Shown piece by piece: positions 1-12,199 of a stretch of 64,000 bases of DNA. Where the stretch lies: positions 1 through 64,000 of the forward strand of contig NMRA01000400.1 of NCBI GenBank assembly GCA_002633005.1, written 5' to 3'. The notes below the pieces were generated by a model. The model was not told where the DNA came from, made no database searches, and saw only the letters and a list, made by a program, of their open reading frames with translations. The position numbers and the translations under genes were made by a program. Each line of letters opens with the position of its first letter. Within the stretch, counting starts at the first letter, position 1. Origin of the DNA: Phoronis australis. Its lineage: Eukaryota > Animalia > Phoronida.

Positions 1-87
1 GCAGGCACAATAGGGTAAGGTATACAAAATCAGATAAGAGATAATGATCCCCTATAGCAGTTCTGAACAGGCTGACCGATATGTAAA

Positions 88-305
88 ATATAAGGGGGAT
101 CGAACTTTTGACAGTTTGGACCTTTTACTTACAAAAAACAGGGACTAAAAAGGGGGTACCACGGTCAGAGCTATGAATTATTTATCTGCGCCTTTTATCT
201 CGTTTTCTTGGACTTTTTGTTTCTCTAAGGCGAACCTTTTTACCCACCTCTCCAAATGTTGGGCTCGTTTGAGCCCCCGGAGCCTCCCCCCCTGGGTGCG
301 CTCAT
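88..305 (-). repeat. Copy of a ~240-bp interspersed repeat family
   Basis: Reverse complement aligns with 46643-46886 and 48709-48948 (shared blocks gcgcacccagggg, ccgcctcagag, gtacccc, taaaaggtcca, ttcgagcccct). Confidence 0.75.
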
Positions 306-309
306 GGTC

Positions 310-568
310 TATGTTCGATGTTGGACATGTGTTGAGCATAAAGTGGTTTAGTGTTCGAGTTGGTACACCAATCATGCAGTGGCAACTGCATTACAGCAAA
401 AGTGTTCAAAGACCCAGAATTCCCCGCCATAACGACTGGATGGAAACCGAATTCATCGCCATAGTCTTCCATGAAGTATGACCGAGAATGAAGGGAAAAC
501 CGGAAAGTTAGAAAGGTGTCTAATAGGTTTTGTAAATACAATTTTGTCGCCCTAGTAGTTATTACCAC
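310..568 (-). pseudogene. Possible highly decayed LINE reverse-transcriptase fragment
   Basis: Translation TKLYLQNLL...DEFGFHP...TFAVMQLPLHDW loosely resembles the LINE RT 'QxGF' region; no YADD motif seen. Confidence 0.25.
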
Positions 569-1891
569 TCAATTTTGCTGTTAATTAGCTGTCGTGACTG
601 GAAAACGGTTTTTTTGTTTTTCACAGTACAAAAAACGGATTTTTATGAATGAATTCTTGTACTTTGGATCGGAGTAAAACAGAAAACCTCTGTTGCATCA
701 AAAATGTGATCTTGAGAAACCTTAACGTGGAATACGTTATGAATGATACGTTTCCATTGAGAACCAACATATGCTCAAAGTCTCGGACCGAATAAAAGCA
801 GGGATGGAGAGCTTGAAATGGTATGCTCTTAAATGATCGACAGAGTTAGCAAGCCTGAACACAGAGGTGCGTTCCATAGACTCGAGAACCACGTGGAAAT
901 TCAAGATCACGCAACACTTCTCGAGATATTGTAATTTATGATTACAAGCAAAACACGTGATCTGTTTTTATTACTGCAAGAGGTTCTTGCGTGTGGGGAA
1001 CTATGCAGCTCAGAATCGATATTGTTTACGCTGCCAACCAGTTGTAAAATGCGTTAAGGTGCCATTATTAGCGAGAAATGTGGGTTTGTGAGATGAGTCG
1101 TGACGTGGGTCTGAACTCAAAACCTTAGCGGTTAAGTCCAAAGCTCTAATGGCGGATCTAAGCACCACGTGATGGCATAAAATCATCGGCCTTGATTTGA
1201 AATTATGGGATAGACAACGGTGAGAATTGGCGATTTGCAATAAAATCACATTATCTGCGGATTTTGTTGTTTCTCTTGTAGCTCTGACCAAAGTTGACAA
1301 CTTCAAGAAGTCTATATCACCAAATTATAATCCTAAACTCGCATTTTTCACCCGTAAAAGTTATTACTGTATTTTTAAGGTTATGTTGGACCCTCGAAAC
1401 CCCGTTGAACTTAGGCCAACTTCGGAAAACTCTGTGGCACGTAATTTAAGATAATATGTCTCATACATTGTTCTCCGAAAGTCTGGTTTTTAAAATGTTC
1501 CGCTTTTGCACGAGGGGCTATCAAAAACGAAGACTCGGAAGATGTTGATGAAAGCTGTTTTTAAACTTTGAAAAATTGATAAAGGCAAACGAAACGATAA
1601 TTTAGAAAATTGAAACAGCGGTTTTGAGATTCTATCTTGAACAATTATCTTACACCAAATTTTGTGGTGTTATTTATCCTGTTGTTTTGCTATGATTGTA
1701 CCTTTCATGTTGCTAAGTTTCTAAAAAAGCAATATCCCGTGACCTATTCACTGGCAGATTGGTACACTAAAGTCAAAAATCAAATTTTACGTACTTGACG
1801 ATAGGGTCCTGCATAACCACAAAAAAACTTTTATAAATCACCTGGATCAAAAAAATTCGTGAGAGACTTCATTAAAGTGGAACTTGCACGC

Positions 1892-2612
1892 TGTCAGAAT
1901 ATAGACAGTTATAGTTGTATTGTTTTGTTTTGTTGTTCTGTTTGATTGGCATGACCCCTGATTTAAGTACAGTGATGTTGAATTTGTTTACTACAATATA
2001 GTGTGGAACTTTCCAGAAGACTAAGGTCAGAACCATGATGAGGTCATTTGTTTACTACCAGAGTGTGGAACTTTCCAGAAGACTATAGCATGACAGTGAC
2101 TAATGCAGTCTGGAATATTTTAGAGACTAGTTCATGTTTGTAGAATTATTGGGTAGATTCCGGAAAGTTCTGGTATGTGCTTGAATTGAAGGAAAGTTCT
2201 AAAACAATGCATTAGGCTATAAATACACAGGCATGGGTTTGTGTTAGATCAGATCAAGTCAGTTCAAGAAAGTTTATCAGAAGAATTACGGTTGCGTTGC
2301 AGTGAAGAGACTCAGCAGTTACAGCGATAGTCAATAGAGAGCCAGCTATAGAGACAGCAGGTTATTGAATCAACGAGTGTAACAGTTGCTGAACTTGTCT
2401 CAGAAGTTCATCACAAGTCAAGGCTTCGCAGCAATGGCTGGAGCATAAACAGACATTGCGTCGGGCGTTTTGTTTGAGTAGGCTTGTGAACGTACGGTCG
2501 GGATTAATAAAGGATTAACTCGAACCAGTCTTCAGTCAATTGTTGCACTGAAAGCTATGAGCACTTGTCTGTAACAACCTGTGCCTACCCACACACGGGT
2601 AAAAACGTGACA
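1892..2612 (+). repeat. 5' LTR (721 bp)
   Basis: TGTCAGAATA...ACGTGACA; internal TATAAA (~2218) and AATAAA (~2506); colinear with the solo LTR at 49892-50645. Confidence 0.95.
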
Positions 2613-2614
2613 AT

Positions 2615-2632
2615 TGGAGAGCAAGCCAGGAG
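2615..2632 (+). promoter_or_regulatory. Primer-binding site, tRNA-Arg(ACG)-like
   Basis: TGGAGAGCAAGCCAGGAG lies 2 nt after the LTR and differs at 2 positions from TGGCGAGCCAGCCAGGAG, the complement of the tRNA-Arg(ACG) 3' end as recalled. Confidence 0.7.
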
Positions 2633-2687
2633 TTTACTGACGGTAACGAGGTGTGATAAAGTGGACTGTTGGAAGTAGCGACTCACT

Positions 2688-3780
2688 ATGGACACAAGAT
2701 CTCGGCTAAAGGAGTTGATGGCCCTCGGACAAGAAATGGGTCTGCAGGGAGACGACCTTAGACAGTTTGTGGAAAAACAGCAAGCTGAGGCGCGTGCTGA
2801 GGCTGAGGCTGAGGCTGAGGAGAGAAGGCAAGCTCGTGAAGCTGAAGAGAGAGTGCGAGAGGCAGAAGAGAGAAGGCAAGCGCGAGAGGCTGAGGCGGAA
2901 GAGAGACAACAAGCTCGTAAGGCTGAGGAGAAGAGGCAAGCCCGCGAAGCCGAACAACAGATGGAGGGAGAAAGAATAGAACACGTGAGGGCGCTAGCAA
3001 CGCTTAAAGCTGAACATGCTGCAGCGGAGGGTAACAATATTAGACTAACTGGTGGCGTAAAGCCAAAGCTACCAAAGTTTGATGAAAAGCTGGATGATAT
3101 GGACAACTTCCTGGAAAGGTTTGAAAGGTACGCAGAGAGCCAGGGCTGGACCCAGAGTAAATGGGCACATAGTCTCATTCCGCTGTTAACAGGTAAGGGC
3201 ATGTAGGTATACTGTAGCCTTCCTATGGATGATGCACTAGGTTATGTTACACTCAAAAGAGCCTTGCTGAAGCGGTACGAGCTGACAGAGGAGGGCTTTC
3301 GCTGACAGTTCCGGGAAGCGAGGGCTGAGAACGGTGAGACAGCTAACCAGTTTGCGGCCCGCATACAGCGTTACCAAGGCAGGTGGATAGACATGTCCGA
3401 CTGTGGCAAAGACTTTGCTGAGTTAAGAGATCTGATAGTGCGTGAGCAGTACGTGAACACCTGTACTAAGGACTTGGCTTTGTTCCTGCGAGAGCGGACA
3501 CCCAAGTCTGTTCCAGAGATGGTGGGTTTAGCAGAGAGATATACTGAAACCCATGGAGTGGATATAACGAGCACTCAGTCGAAAACGTCCCAAGAACGAC
3601 CAATCAAGACAGACAACCAGAGAGTCGACCAGAAGAAAACTGACCTCGCAGAGGAAAGATGTTTCTTCTGTCACAAAACTGGACACCTGGCTAGAGACTG
3701 TTGGAAACGGACACAAGGGATGCAACACCAAAAGTCAGCAGCGGTCAACCACCGACGTTCCCAGCATAAGGAGGATTCGG
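2688..3780 (+). pseudogene. gag: Gag (coiled-coil repeats, capsid/SCAN-like region, CCHC zinc knuckle), interrupted by stops
   Basis: EAEERRQAR repeats; PKLPKFDE..D.DNFLERFER; LRDLIVREQY; CFFCHKTGHLARDC. Confidence 0.85.
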
Positions 3781-3819
3781 GGAAGTGTGCTAACCCTGAA
3801 CGCGCCGTCAAAGGAAGGC

Positions 3820-4110
3820 TGCGTCTGAAGGAGGGTTATGTTGGCACGAAGAGAGTCTTAGTATTGAGAGACACAGGCTGAACGACCACTGTGGTTCGAT
3901 CCAGTCTAGTCAAACCAGGAGATATGACCTGCCGGAAGTGGTCATGCGAGTTGGCGGACTCTACCAAGAGGTGACTGTCTGTAGCCAAGATCAACATCAA
4001 GACACCGTACTACACGGGAGAAGTGTTTGCAATGTGTATGGAGCATCCAGTGGCCGATTTGATTATCGGGGACATACCTGGCGCCTTGGACCCAGGCGAT
4101 GTTGAGCGAC
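3820..4110 (+). pseudogene. Aspartic protease domain
   Basis: VLVLRDTG* catalytic motif with DLIIGD downstream. Confidence 0.8.
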
Positions 4111-5209
4111 AGCAGAGAGCAACAATTGCCAACGAGGACAATACAGGCAATAGTCTTGTGGAGGGTCCGAAAGATGACTCTCAGAAGGGTACTACTTCCC
4201 AAGAGGAAAACCCAGTGACCTCAGCTCCAGTTTAAGGAAGCCCAGCATGAAGATTCATCAATGAAAAAGCTGTGGGAGCAAGCTGAAGTCAAAGTTCAAC
4301 GACAGACCAAAAACAAGGGGTCATACGTGATGGAGGTTCAACGAGGAATACTCTATCGGATATTCAAGAAGAAAGACGGTGGCGAGGTGAAACAAGTTGT
4401 CGTGCCGAGCAGTTTACGGAAGTCCGTGATGAGTCTTGCTCATGAGTCTATACTCGGTGGATGCCTCGGTGTTAGGAAGACAACTGACCGTATCACCAGC
4501 AACTTCTATTGGCCAGGCGTGGCATCAGAAGTGACTCGATTCTGCAGATCATGCGACATCTGCCAGAAGACAATTCCAAAAGGTTGAGTGAACAAGGTAC
4601 CACTAGGAGAGATGCTTTGATGGAGGAACCTTTCAAGAGGATTGCGATCGATCTGATTGGCCCTACAGCTCCAGTTTCCGACAAGGGAAACATACATTCT
4701 CACGGTGGTAGATTTCGCTACCAGATACCCGGAAGCAGTGGCGTTACCGAAGATTGAGACAGAGCGTGTGGCTGAAGCATTATTAAAAGTCTTCAGTAGA
4801 GTAGGGATCACACGAGAGATCCTGAGTGATCGTGGAACGCAGTTCACAGCGGAACTGGTGAAGGAGGTCAGCAGGCCTGTGAGTGCACAGCAGCTATGCA
4901 CGACCCCTTACAATCTACGCTGTAACGGTCTCTGTTAAAGAATCAACGGAGTTCTAAAAGACATGATGAAGAACATGTGTCAAGAAAGACCAAAGGATTG
5001 GGACCGGTGTCTGCCAGCTGGCCTGTTTGCTTACCGGGAAGTCCGGCAATCAAGCACAGGATTTTCACCCATTGAGTTGTTATACGGCAGGACAGTAGAA
5101 GGTCCAATGCAAATACTGAGCGAACTCTGGACTGGGGAAGACAGCAACGAAGTTCGTAATACTCACCAGTATGTCTTCGAGCTCAGGAACCGCTTAGAGG
5201 AGACCTTAA

Positions 5210-6168
5210 ACAGAACACACCATGGATTTTTGCACATTTTGAATTACCGGTGGCCACAGACTAAATGTATGACGTAAAATTTAGCTAAACCCATGTTTAC
5301 TTTGTGTAATTAGCTCAAATTTTTTATTTTTCTTTCAATTTTGCCAATTTTCACATTTCCCGCCATGTGACGTCATGGGTTGAACACAAGAGATCAGTGA
5401 CTAGCGTTGAACAATGGCGGAGACCAGGGAATTTGAAAGTGACGACGATTATGAGCAAGAACTGAACGAATACTATGAAGAAACGTATGAGAATGGTGGC
5501 CAGGATGAGGAAATGGGGTTGCACGAAAGCGAGAACAAGTTTAATGTGCTTCCGGCTGCGTACTTTTCTACTTTGAGCCTTATGAACTGGATCCTCCCGC
5601 GAGAGAAGCGCCCTCGGGCTCGGCGAGTCAACCCAGTCATCCAACAGACAATCCTGAATTAAGAGCTGATGTTTCTGAATGATAAATATTGTCCTTTATT
5701 GAACCAGGCCTTCATCGTCTCCTGTGACTGGAGTCGAAACACGAGTCCTCAAAGTGGGCAGAACACAGAGTGGCCCCGGACCGAATCGCTTGGTCCACGA
5801 TGACGTCCCACACTCTCGTTCGGCGCACGAAGTCATGCCACTTCTGCGCAACTTTGGTGTCTTTCGGAACACCGAGACGTTTTCCGCCTGGCTGCTGTTG
5901 CTGCAGCCTCCGGAAACACATCTTTTGATCCCTCTACGAACCTTCTCGACGCTAAATGTACTTTGCATTCTCTTCACTCTATACACTTTGTCTCTGATCC
6001 GAACGGTATGGCGACTGACCTGGGTTCAACCCATGACGTTGTACATAATTATTATTTTTTTTCAATTTTTGCGTGTTACTTTATGAGCTGTGCACTAAAG
6101 GCACTGAAATCAAGTAAGATATAATAATAAAATTTATTTTGAGGTACTAGAGTCATGTTGTGTACACT
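5210..6168. mobile_element. Non-autonomous Kolobok-type DNA transposon (959 bp)
   Basis: TTAA at 5206-5209 and 6169-6172; imperfect ~15-bp TIRs (acagaacacaccatg / catgttgtgtacact); contains a THAP remnant and a convergent acidic ORF start. Confidence 0.85.
5712..5930 (-). pseudogene. THAP zinc-finger domain remnant
   Basis: RCVSGGCSN (frameshift) PKDTKVAQKWHDFVRR...LCSAHFEDSCFD gives the C2CH THAP signature with conserved P, W and F. Confidence 0.85.
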
Positions 6169-6549
6169 TTAAAGTTGGCTAGAAAAAGTCTGTGCAATGC
6201 ACAAGGTATTCACAAGCATTACTACGACAAGAAGGCCAGAGGTAGTCAGTTTCAAGTGGGACAAAGAGTGTTGGTATTACTTCCCACAGAACACAACAAG
6301 CTTACTCTGCAGTGGAAGGGGTCTTATTAGATTACAGAAAAAGTCAATTGTATGGACTTCAGAAACAATATGAACGGCAAGATTAAGATCTCCCATGCCA
6401 ATCTGTTGAAGGCGTATCACAAACGCGAAGCTAACAACATCACAGGTAAAGATGAAGCGATCGGTGCTGTGTTAATTGAGGAGTGTGTGACTGACGAAGC
6501 GACCCTTCTTGATGGAGGCAGTTTAGAGCTTCGACCGGAGGTTCACAGT

Positions 6550-7832
6550 GAAACATACAAGGACGTTAAGCTGTGCGATTCCTTGACGTCAGAGCAGCGT
6601 GAACAGGCACGACAGCTCCTACGTTACTACCGAGATATTTTCACCAATCAGCCTGGAGAGACCGATTTGGCCGGCCACGTCATCGACAGAACAACCAGTG
6701 AGAGTGCGGCCACGTCAGATGTCGTACACTACTCAGGACCTAGTGAAGAAGGAAGCACAGGAGAGTTTGAAAACGAGCCTATGGGTAACCCAGAAGCTAT
6801 TATGGCTACTCTGCATGGTCAGCGTTTCTTCTCGAAGTTCGACTTCACGAAGGGCTACTGGCAAATTCCCATGGATGAAGCTAATAGAGAGAAAACCGCA
6901 TTTGTGACTCTGCGAGGCTGTTACCAGTTCCGCAGAATGTCGTTTGGCTTGGTGAATTCAGCGGCCACGTTCAACAGGATGATCAGAAGAATGCTAGCTG
7001 ACTCAGATAATATCGAGCACTATGTCGACGATGTGCTACTCCACACCGTCACCTGGGAAGAACATCTCCGTACACTGAGAGACTTGTTTCAGAGAATAAA
7101 ACGAGCAGGCTTGACAGTAAGACCGTCAACGTGCAGCATTGGCTATCAGGAGGTGGAGTTCCTTGGACATCAGGTTGAAACATACAAGATAGCAATGGAC
7201 GAGCAAAAGCTATTGATCCAGGATGCACCAACACCATCTACTGAGACGGAAGTACGGTCATTCCTAGGACTTAGAGAGTACTACCGAAAGTTTGTGCCTA
7301 ACTATGCACAGATAGCCACACCGTTGACGGATTTGCTGAAGAAGGGCCAACCAAAGAAAGTCGTGTGGACCGATATTCATGAACAGGCATTCAAGAAGTT
7401 AAAGCAAGCACTTGGAAGCAGCCCGATCCTGCGAGTGCCTGACTTCACTCAGAGATTTATCGTCAGAACAGACGCATCTAACGATGGTTTATGGGCAGTT
7501 TTACTGCAGGAGATTGACGATGGGATATTTCCTATTGCGTATGCCAGCCGGAAGCTTAAAGAGAACGAGCGGCATTACTTTACAGAAGAGAAAGAGTGTT
7601 TGCTGTTAAACGTTTTCAGTTTTATCTCTATGGGACAGAATTCGTGGTGCAAACAGACCACAAACCACTGGTATATATTCAGCGTTGTAAGATTGAAAGT
7701 CCCAGAGTTATGCGATGGGCTATAGCGCTGCAAAATTATAAATTCCATGTGGCGGATATTCCAGGAAAATCTAATGTCGGCGCAGACTACTTAAGTCGAC
7801 TTGCAGAGCCTGCAAGTCAAGTAGCACCTTAG
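6550..7832 (+). pseudogene. pol: Reverse transcriptase and RNase H, with internal deletion and frameshifts
   Basis: FSKFDFTKGYWQIP, KTAF, FGLVNS, YVDD, FLGH, RSFLGL, TDAS, IAYASRKL, TDHKPL, ADYLSR. Confidence 0.93.
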
Positions 7833-7918
7833 AGACGGATACTGAGTCAGATTATGTATGCCAGATGATTTTGTGTTAGAAAATTATAAGAGTAATTTTC
7901 TCTTTGGCAGGGGTGTGT

Positions 7919-8089
7919 TGTCAGAATATAGACTGACAGTTTTAGTTGTATTGTTTTGTTCTGTTTTGTTTTGTTGCTCTGTTTGATTGGCATGACCCCT
8001 GATTTAAGTACCAGTCTTCAGTCAATCGTCGCTATTAGCACCGGTCTGTAACAACCTGTGCCCACCCACACACGGGGAAAAACGTGACA
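7919..8089 (+). repeat. 3' LTR, internally deleted (171 bp), preceded by a PPT
   Basis: Matches 5' LTR 1892-1970 joined to ~2525-2612; G-rich ggcaggggtgtg immediately upstream. Confidence 0.9.
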
Positions 8090-9761
8090 CACTCTAAGTC
8101 ATTATCTCTGTGATTACTTGGTCAAACCAGTTAGAAACACAACACATAGCGATAATGTGAATATGAAGTACGTTGAAAATTACCAACTGTTTTAAAGAAC
8201 AATTTTTGTGTCCGAAATGATCCGCCGTAAGTCGCTCAACCGTGTCCAGTAAGTATCGTAATGTTGGAGAATAACACTGCATGACGCGTGCTATGTGAGC
8301 CGCCAAGGCACGTCATTATTACAAAGGCCACCTTTTTTGCAGAATTGTTCGTTTTTACATTAGTTGTCAGTGAATACAACTGCCTTTTGTTTAGCATAGA
8401 TTTTGTTAAAATAGCATTGTCGTTTAGTTCGTGCTATACATTAGCATAGGAGCATGCGAATAAATCCTTAAATAAGGTACAACAAATTATTGACGTCTTT
8501 TAGCGAACAAAAGCCTAATTTAAAAATTACGTAGATGTGAAATACATTCTGAAATGAAAACACGGTGTGAACAACGAGTTCCCTCTTTTAATTATTTTAA
8601 TTACTTTCAGAGATGGCCAACATGCAACAGAATACATCAATTAAAGAAGACGAGTGTTGATTTGGAGAAGTGGTTCCCAAATTTTTGCTTTTCGACAATT
8701 CTCCACTTTCCTTGCAGAAGAGCAGAGTAGTTGCCAAGGTTCTCATTTTACATTTTTCAATGTCTAATTACCTTGTAACAAAGAGTGCGGGCTTCATTAA
8801 GTACTCTTTAAGGCATGGAAAACGAGTTAACAGGTTACAATCATGTTCACAATCCTATCCTTTTTTGTGGTGCTCAATTGGACAAAACAAAATGTTGTCT
8901 GCCATATAGCGTGATAAATAGATGGAATTAGCATAGACTCCAAGGAAGTGTGTGTCTTGGAAATTACGTACTACACCAGTGAAGAGACAAAGTAGAGCCT
9001 CTGAAGTTACTGTGACGATGTATACCATCGCATCATTAAAACGTAACCGATCACATGGTTCACCCATTTATGCTACAGCCAGAGGTAACGTACGAACCAT
9101 ATAGAAATAGGCAACCACGCCAATAGATGTCACGCGTAGTGTAACAAAGAGCATGTGCAAAACAAAGCAAGTGAACTCCTACGTCATTTTCAAAGGTTAC
9201 CTACAATATGCAGAAGCTGGAGGTGTTGCATGACCCGCACGCGTGGTAACCCAACCACCAGACCCGGTGGGCATCATCGTTTGGTCACGTGATAATGTCA
9301 AAAATATGCAGGCGTAACGGCAACGTACGTGCTCCTAGTTTGTGACGGAGGATGGATTTGTTCAATACGAATGCTCGTTTATGTGGTGAACGTCAAAACG
9401 GTGTAACAGGTGAAACAATCTTCCTTTCTTTGCTCCATATATTTAAAAACTGCCTGGCAATTGAAATATAAAACGATTTTTCTATGCATGAGCTTCTCAG
9501 GCAAAGATACAAGTCACCAGAATGATACCATTAAACTTGTTCAGTACAAGGTAGTAACAGTAAGCAGACAACAGACAATATTCCATGTCATGTTTACGAT
9601 GCACTGTGTCATAATAGAAATGGCCTTACAGTTTGCTCACGCATTGTAATTGGGTGCATGAATATTCATGAAAATGGCATAAAAATATTTCTTGAAATCT
9701 TCGCGTCGATTCTGAGCATTGAAAAATGCTTTATCATCATGGATTTTGCAATATGACCACT

Positions 9762-9817
9762 TAAGGGGCTTTGGCCACTCATAAGGGGCTTTGGTCACTC
9801 ATAAGGGGCTTTGGCCA
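9762..9817. repeat. 20-bp tandem repeat (~3 copies)
   Basis: taaggggctttggccactca repeated about three times. Confidence 0.85.
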
Positions 9818-9855
9818 GTTCTCTCCGCTAAAAACATGCACGGAACTTCCCTTAA

Positions 9856-11545
9856 AGGAGCATGCCACCCAAAAAACAACCTAATTTGTATCAATTTAGA
9901 TCGAGTAGTTCTACTCCATCATTAACGACAAGTGCGGTTGCGTTACCTGACACCTGACGGCAGACGGAGGTGTTGAAATTATCCAATTACGTCATCGGTT
10001 TCACACGCATTCTGTTCAGCAGTTCACAACACGGGTTACTGGTGTCAGCTTATCGCTTGGAATCATCGTTTAGCACCAATAAATCATCAAACTTCGATGT
10101 AAAACCCTTAAAAATACACCGAGTTCTTACAAAAACGTGTTGTTTTATTTCGCTCTTACGGATTTATTGGTATTTGGACACACTGTAGCCTACAAACTTC
10201 GGCAGGCCAATAAGGTCCGTAGCAGGAGTTTGGGGTGTGTTCGGATATAATTTCGAAGTATTTTCCGTGAGATACAGACAGGAGAACCTAGATCTGTGTT
10301 GTTTAGACTTGTGATTTTCTGAGTTCTAAACACAAAACGCTTGTTATCCTGGCCAGTGGCTCGGAGCCCGATCAGGACCGTCACGGCCGGCCGGATTGAC
10401 TTTTATCCCGGCCAGTGGCTCGGAAACTGATCAGACCATCACGAACAAACCAGCCAAAGTTCAGTGGAAACTAAACTTCCAGTCAAGAAAATACTATACT
10501 AGTGAGCCAAAATAATGTGCACGTGATTATGTTGGTGAATTAGCCACGAAACTGCAAATCTACTTACTCGTCGGGGGCCGCGAATTCAGTTCCGCTTTGG
10601 CCACAGCACCGTCAGGGCAGAAGTTGTACATTGACAATCAGTATTTGAGTAATGTTAATGTAAATAAAGATTCCCCTAACACCTGGTCGTGGGGTAGAAA
10701 TCGAGTTGTTTCACAACAGTCTCTGCCAGCAAACACTAAATTAGCATGAGCTCACACGGCCTCGCGGTGTCCCGTTAATTAGTTTTATTGCACCTAAAGC
10801 CGGTAACGCAGTGATTTATTCATTGCTGGCTTCTCAAATCATTTCGTGCACTCACGAACACTCCAAAGGCATTACAAATTGCATCTAATGAGACAGATTT
10901 TGTTTCAGTTTTATATAAGTATTGGTTAGAGTGAGAATAATTCATTTTGAAACAGAACGCTCAGTAATAAACGCCAACACGGCAACTCGCAATCCCGACT
11001 TAGGACGAGCTAGAGCGGCTCATCAATACCGACTTCGCAGGCGGATCGTTAAGTTTTACAGGCTATCAATTCGAACAGGAATACAGTGATGAAGAAATAC
11101 TAGAGAGGCGACGTGAACAAGCTCAGACAACGGAACGTATGGAGTTATTTGGTAAGCCGCCATTCGTGAGGCACTGTCGACGTCGTCTGCAGGCCACAGA
11201 CAGGGAGATGTTTTACGGCCTCATACTTGCTATTTACAGCGTACATTTCATTTTTCACTACCATGAGCCACTTTCTAAGCATTTCGGACTCTCGAGGAAG
11301 TAAAAAAACACGATGTACTCGCTTTCTTCGCGGCTGCTTAGTTCGGACAAGCGGAACGATATACCGCAACATAGCGGCATTCACTCTGCTTATGAACCGT
11401 TGACGTCGGTAGCGTCGTTTCTCACCTTCCTCACAGGTTAACGCGACACCTCTTGGCAAGGTAAGGTCGACCATATGCGAGGCGATGTGGAAATAGACCG
11501 ATTAAGATGGCAAAAAAGACTAATTAAATCGGGTGGCATTCGCCT
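9856..11545. mobile_element. Non-autonomous Kolobok-type DNA transposon (1690 bp)
   Basis: TTAA at 9852-9855 and 11546-11549; TIR aggagcatgccaccc / gggtggcattcgcct. Decayed THAP on - (LPRESEMLRKWL...VC, 11145-11372) faces GYQFEQEYSDEE on + (~11060-11100). Confidence 0.85.
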
Positions 11546-12199
11546 TTAAATAGAGAGAGAGAGAGAGAGAGAAAACGCTTTTATTTACATTACACAATAA
11601 TAATACATTGATTAAAATATGATTTCAATTAGGAGGCCTTCTAAAGATTATTGACCGCTAATAAGAAGGTCCCCTGTACAAGATAAACAAATGGAAAGGC
11701 AAAAATTAGTAGGAATACTTAAGAAAACAGTGAATTAGTGCTGAAAACGACCGACACGCCAGGAACCAAAAAGTAAAGACACTATTTCCTACACAATCAC
11801 CAATTTAGAATTACCTTCAAAAGATGTCACTAAAATATGAACTTGTGATTTCTTTCAGTCCTGTTAGTGTCTTTTGTTGCCTTATCCTCTTACTAATTTA
11901 CCCTCTTACTAATTTATCCTCTTACTAATTGATTATTTAGTGCCATTTGCGGAAAATGCACCATACATGCAACGAAAAATTAACCAGCTAGACACCTATT
12001 GTACACATGTAATTGGTAGGTCTATCAGGGTAACATCACCAGGCCCACGTATCATCTTCTTATGGAGGGGCACCCACGACAGATCTTAGTAGTGATGTCG
12101 AGAGAGGAAAGACTAGAGAGAAGGTATACTTGCTCTAAATAGGATCTTGTCAGGTTTCAATGTAGGTGTCCTTGGATTTCTTTATTACTTAGATGCGAC

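Larger units (their letters stand above)
4261..6430 (+). pseudogene. Integrase (zinc-binding, core and C-terminal parts), split by a Kolobok insertion
   Basis: LAHESILGG.LG...CRSCDICQK; IAIDLIGP; SDRGTQF; TGFSPIELLYGR. Removing 5210-6172 restores NRLEETLKLARKSL...HYYDKKAR and the later WKGSY motif. Confidence 0.9.
1892..8089 (+). mobile_element. Decayed Gmr1-like Gypsy LTR retrotransposon (gag-PR-IN-RT-RH order)
   Basis: LTRs with TGTCA...TGACA ends, PBS and PPT, near-matching 5-bp TSD (cacgc / cactc). Gag CCHC knuckle, LRDTG protease, then integrase, then RT (YVDD) and RNase H. Many stops and frameshifts. Confidence 0.95.

Noticed and set aside
2585-3202. 205-aa minus-strand Ser/Ala-rich ORF
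   Set aside because: It is the antisense shadow of the repetitive gag coiled-coil.
1303-9851. Additional Kolobok elements chained at shared TTAA sites (1303-1871 and 1876-9851)
   Set aside because: Candidate TIRs match too poorly to support boundaries.
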